From an uncultured bacterium (GTDB taxonomy: Bacteria > SAR324 > NAC60-12): a stretch of DNA of 30,503 nucleotides. The position numbers and the translations under genes are program-made. The notes below the pieces were generated by a model, which saw only the letters and a list, made by a program, of their open reading frames with translations, did no database searches and was not told the origin of the DNA. Positions 28,541 to 30,503 of the stretch are shown here, in pieces. The stretch's first letter is position 1; every line of letters begins with the position of its first letter. The stretch is taken from the NCBI GenBank assembly GCA_965662845.1, contig CBFIJD010000021.1, positions 20,187 to 50,689 of the forward strand, read 5' to 3'.

Positions 28541-29515
28541 ATGCAGCACGACAGCACCTACAAGCGGATTTTCAGCCACCCTGAGCTGGTGGAGGAGCTT
28601 CTGCGGGACTTTGTGGCTGAGCCGTGGTGTCAGCAGCTGGACTTTGGGACGCTAGAGAAGCTCAACGAGAGCTACATCACGGATGACCTTCGGCAGCGGG
28701 CGGATGATCTGGTGTGGCGCGTCCGCTTTCAGGGTCAGTGGCTGTATGTGTATCTGCTGTTGGAGTTTCAGAGCCGCAGCGACCGCTGGATGTCGGTGCG
28801 TCTGCTGACGTACGCGGGTTTGCTCTGGCAAGACTTGATCCGCAGCGGTCGTCTCACGTCCTCCGACAAGCTGCCGCCGATCTTGCCGATTGTGATTTAC
28901 AATGGGGAGCCGGCGTGGAGCGCTCCGCTGAGCCTCCAGGAGCTTTTGTCAGCGGTCTCTCCGTCGTTGGCAGCTTACCAGCCGCAGCTGCGCTATTTTC
29001 TGCTGGACGAAGGTCGGGTTCCTGCGGAAGAATTGGCTGAACGCGATACGACTCTCAGCGAGCTCATCCGCCTTGAAGGGAGCCCGGATCCAGAGTCGCT
29101 TCGTCTCATCGTGGGGCGTCTGCGGCAGCGCTTGGGTCATCCTCGCTATGAGCAGTTACGTCAAACGATCACGCTCTGGCTTCAGCATCTGGTGTTGCCG
29201 AAGCTGTCACCGGAGCCGATTTTGGAAATGCGCGACTTACAAGAGGTGGACAATATGTTAGCGGAACGAGCGGAACAGTGGGCGGAGCAGTGGAAAACAG
29301 CAGGTCTTGAGCAGGGGATCGAGCAAGGCTTAGAGCGCGGTCTTGAGCAGGGCCTAGAGAGAGGGGAACTCCTTGGAAAAATAGAGCTTCTTCAGCAGCT
29401 TCTTCAGTACCCTCCGACTCCTAAGTCAGAGCTGGCGGTTTTCTCTTTGTCGCAACTACATGAGTTACTGCAACAGCTTCAGGTGCAGCTACAGCAGCAG
29501 AGCCGCACAGAGTGA
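28541..29515 (+). CDS. Rpn/YhgA-family PD-(D/E)XK nuclease (RpnL)
   Basis: HD..YK..FS.P, DDL.WRV, LLEFQS, R...Y, LP.ILP.V.YNG...W, and GLEQG repeats. Confidence 0.93.
   Translation: MQHDSTYKRIFSHPELVEELLRDFVAEPWCQQLDFGTLEKLNESYITDDLRQRADDLVWRVRFQGQWLYVYLLLEFQSRSDRWMSVRLLTYAGLLWQDLIRSGRLTSSDKLPPILPIVIYNGEPAWSAPLSLQELLSAVSPSLAAYQPQLRYFLLDEGRVPAEELAERDTTLSELIRLEGSPDPESLRLIVGRLRQRLGHPRYEQLRQTITLWLQHLVLPKLSPEPILEMRDLQEVDNMLAERAEQWAEQWKTAGLEQGIEQGLERGLEQGLERGELLGKIELLQQLLQYPPTPKSELAVFSLSQLHELLQQLQVQLQQQSRTE
29255..29515 (+). CDS. Putative internal in-frame RpnS antitoxin (86 aa)
   Basis: AAGAGGTG (29241-29248) 6 nt before in-frame ATG 29255 (Met239), immediately before the GLEQ repeats. Confidence 0.65.
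   Translation: MLAERAEQWAEQWKTAGLEQGIEQGLERGLEQGLERGELLGKIELLQQLLQYPPTPKSELAVFSLSQLHELLQQLQVQLQQQSRTE
29303..29362 (+). repeat. Degenerate 12-bp tandem repeat (x5) encoding G(L/I)E(Q/R)
   Basis: ggtcttgagcag gggatcgagcaa ggcttagagcgc ggtcttgagcag ggcctagagaga. Confidence 0.85.
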
Positions 29516-29537
29516 GCGCCCACCTAGTCTCGCAGAC

Positions 29538-29589
29538 CGGGCCGTCTCATCCGCAGGTCACAGCCCATTCCTCTCGGTGGGACGGTCCG
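29538..29589. repeat. Imperfect inverted repeat downstream of rpn
   Basis: CGGGCCGTCTCATCCG ... CGGTGGGACGGTCCG, pairing with G-U wobbles and one bulge. Confidence 0.5.
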
Positions 29590-29630
29590 CCCAGCCACCA
29601 CAAATACTCACCTGAAAAAACAGCGCCAAC

Positions 29631-29646
29631 TGGTACTCCATTTGCA
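29631..29646 (+). promoter_or_regulatory. Putative sigma54 (-24/-12) promoter
   Basis: TGGTAC-TCCAT-TTGCA gives GG-N10-GC with near-consensus flanks. Confidence 0.6.
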
Positions 29647-29656
29647 GAAGCAAACC

Positions 29657-29795
29657 CTAGAACCATTCTTTCCGATGGGAAACGGAGCGAAGTCTCTGGT
29701 TTCACTAGAGAAAGAATGGGAAACTCGCTCTTGGTTCGACGGAAAGTGTTTCTTAGCGAATTGCCACTTTGGTTGTATTAAAAGGCCAAATTTAA
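29657..29795 (+). ncRNA. Candidate structured sRNA or 5' leader
   Basis: Three-way junction (29663-29719) begins just after the predicted sigma54 +1; weaker stems follow downstream. No known family recognised. Confidence 0.35.
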
Positions 29796-30142
29796 GCTTG
29801 CCTTTCAATTAAGTCAGGTTATGATTGCCGCCTTGTAATCTCAAGAGAGTGCATTTTTCGCATCTCTCGATTCCCCTATGCAGAGCGTAGAGTGGAAGCC
29901 GGCAGATTTCCGCAGCCATCCCGGAATCATGGAAAACACGAGATCCGTCCGCCAACACGCTCTGTCCTGCCTAGCAGCGAGCCACGGCCGAATGTCTCCG
30001 TCTTTTCCTCAGCTTCACAGAATCCGAAGTCGATTCTGCTACCAGGGAGGAATGATACCAACGAGCGGGTTGCTCATTGTTTTTCGGTGAAACTGAGAGG
30101 GTTCTCCGTATTTTTACTACTTTTCATAAAGGACAAACGTTT

Positions 30143-30503
30143 ATGAAGCCGAACATGATTAAAAAGTGGAGTGTCGCGTTACTCGTGGCAGCCGGAGCAG
30201 CCGGCCTCGTAGGTTGTGAGGGCCTCCAAGTGGATGAAGCTACCAGTGCGAGCAATCACTCCGGGATCGTTGCCGACCGCGTCCTAACCGGACAACTGAG
30301 CGGTGTGGTTGTTGATGAATTTGGAAGAGGCTTGGAAGATGTGACGGTGAGCGCCTACGGTGCAACCACCACAACCGGCGCCAACGGGACATGGACCATG
30401 AGCAACGTGCCCATCACCAACCTCGCCATCACCAATGTCTATGACAACGGGACTGATACCGAGTACCCAACCGACGGCGCGAACGTCGAAGGCAAAATCT
30501 ATG
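30143..30503 (+). CDS. Lipoprotein with carboxypeptidase-regulatory-like beta-sandwich (3'-truncated; not in ORF track)
   Basis: AAAGGA RBS, MKPNMIKKWSVALLVAAGAAGLVGC lipobox, LSGVVVDEFGRGLEDVTV...TTTGANG.W....VP; frame open to window end. Confidence 0.85.
   Translation, partial: MKPNMIKKWSVALLVAAGAAGLVGCEGLQVDEATSASNHSGIVADRVLTGQLSGVVVDEFGRGLEDVTVSAYGATTTTGANGTWTMSNVPITNLAITNVYDNGTDTEYPTDGANVEGKIY

Noticed and set aside
28541..29589. Rpn gene as an IS element
   Set aside because: No terminal inverted repeats or target duplication seen; it starts 7 nt after the aminotransferase stop; the family is a PD-(D/E)XK nuclease, not a DDE transposase.
29645..29760. c-di-GMP-I, glycine or hammerhead identity for the structured RNA
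   Set aside because: Only fragmentary resemblance (GCAAACC, GAAA); the conserved cores are absent by eye. An Rfam search is needed.
29512..30146. Short ORFs (66-89 aa) in the long intergenic region
   Set aside because: They overlap one another and lack recognisable motifs or convincing RBSs.

Overview
A GC-rich, gene-dense bacterial chromosomal window from a diderm organism. The split F0-only atp cluster and the signal-peptide-like leaders on subunits a and c suggest a deltaproteobacterial-type lineage, possibly SAR324-like; this is inference only. Housekeeping content: a minus-strand run recA-mnmH-TPR-cmk-GlmU-like-glmS, plus uxs, era, a GDPD, atpZ/I/B/E, gluQ and a class I aminotransferase. 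The most striking pattern is a set of intact ORFs from known families whose catalytic or ligand-binding residues are replaced. (i) An alpha-carbonic-anhydrase lipoprotein has two of three Zn-His changed to Gln. (ii) A divergently transcribed homocysteine-methyltransferase domain lacks all three Zn-Cys. (iii) An archaeal-type GlmU coupled to glmS has both active sites degenerate. (iv) Tandem Kef/CPA2 paralogs lack the KTN GxGxxG motif, and one has Gln-to-His swaps at conserved transport motifs. Also present are a predicted trans-envelope beta-propeller/TPR/TM/J-domain protein, an Rpn nuclease with an internal RBS and ATG (gene-within-gene antitoxin candidate), a sigma54-type promoter followed by a three-way-junction RNA candidate, and a 50-aa membrane ORF missed by the ORF track. 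No tRNA, rRNA or CRISPR array was seen. All calls come from reading motifs by eye; no database search was run.
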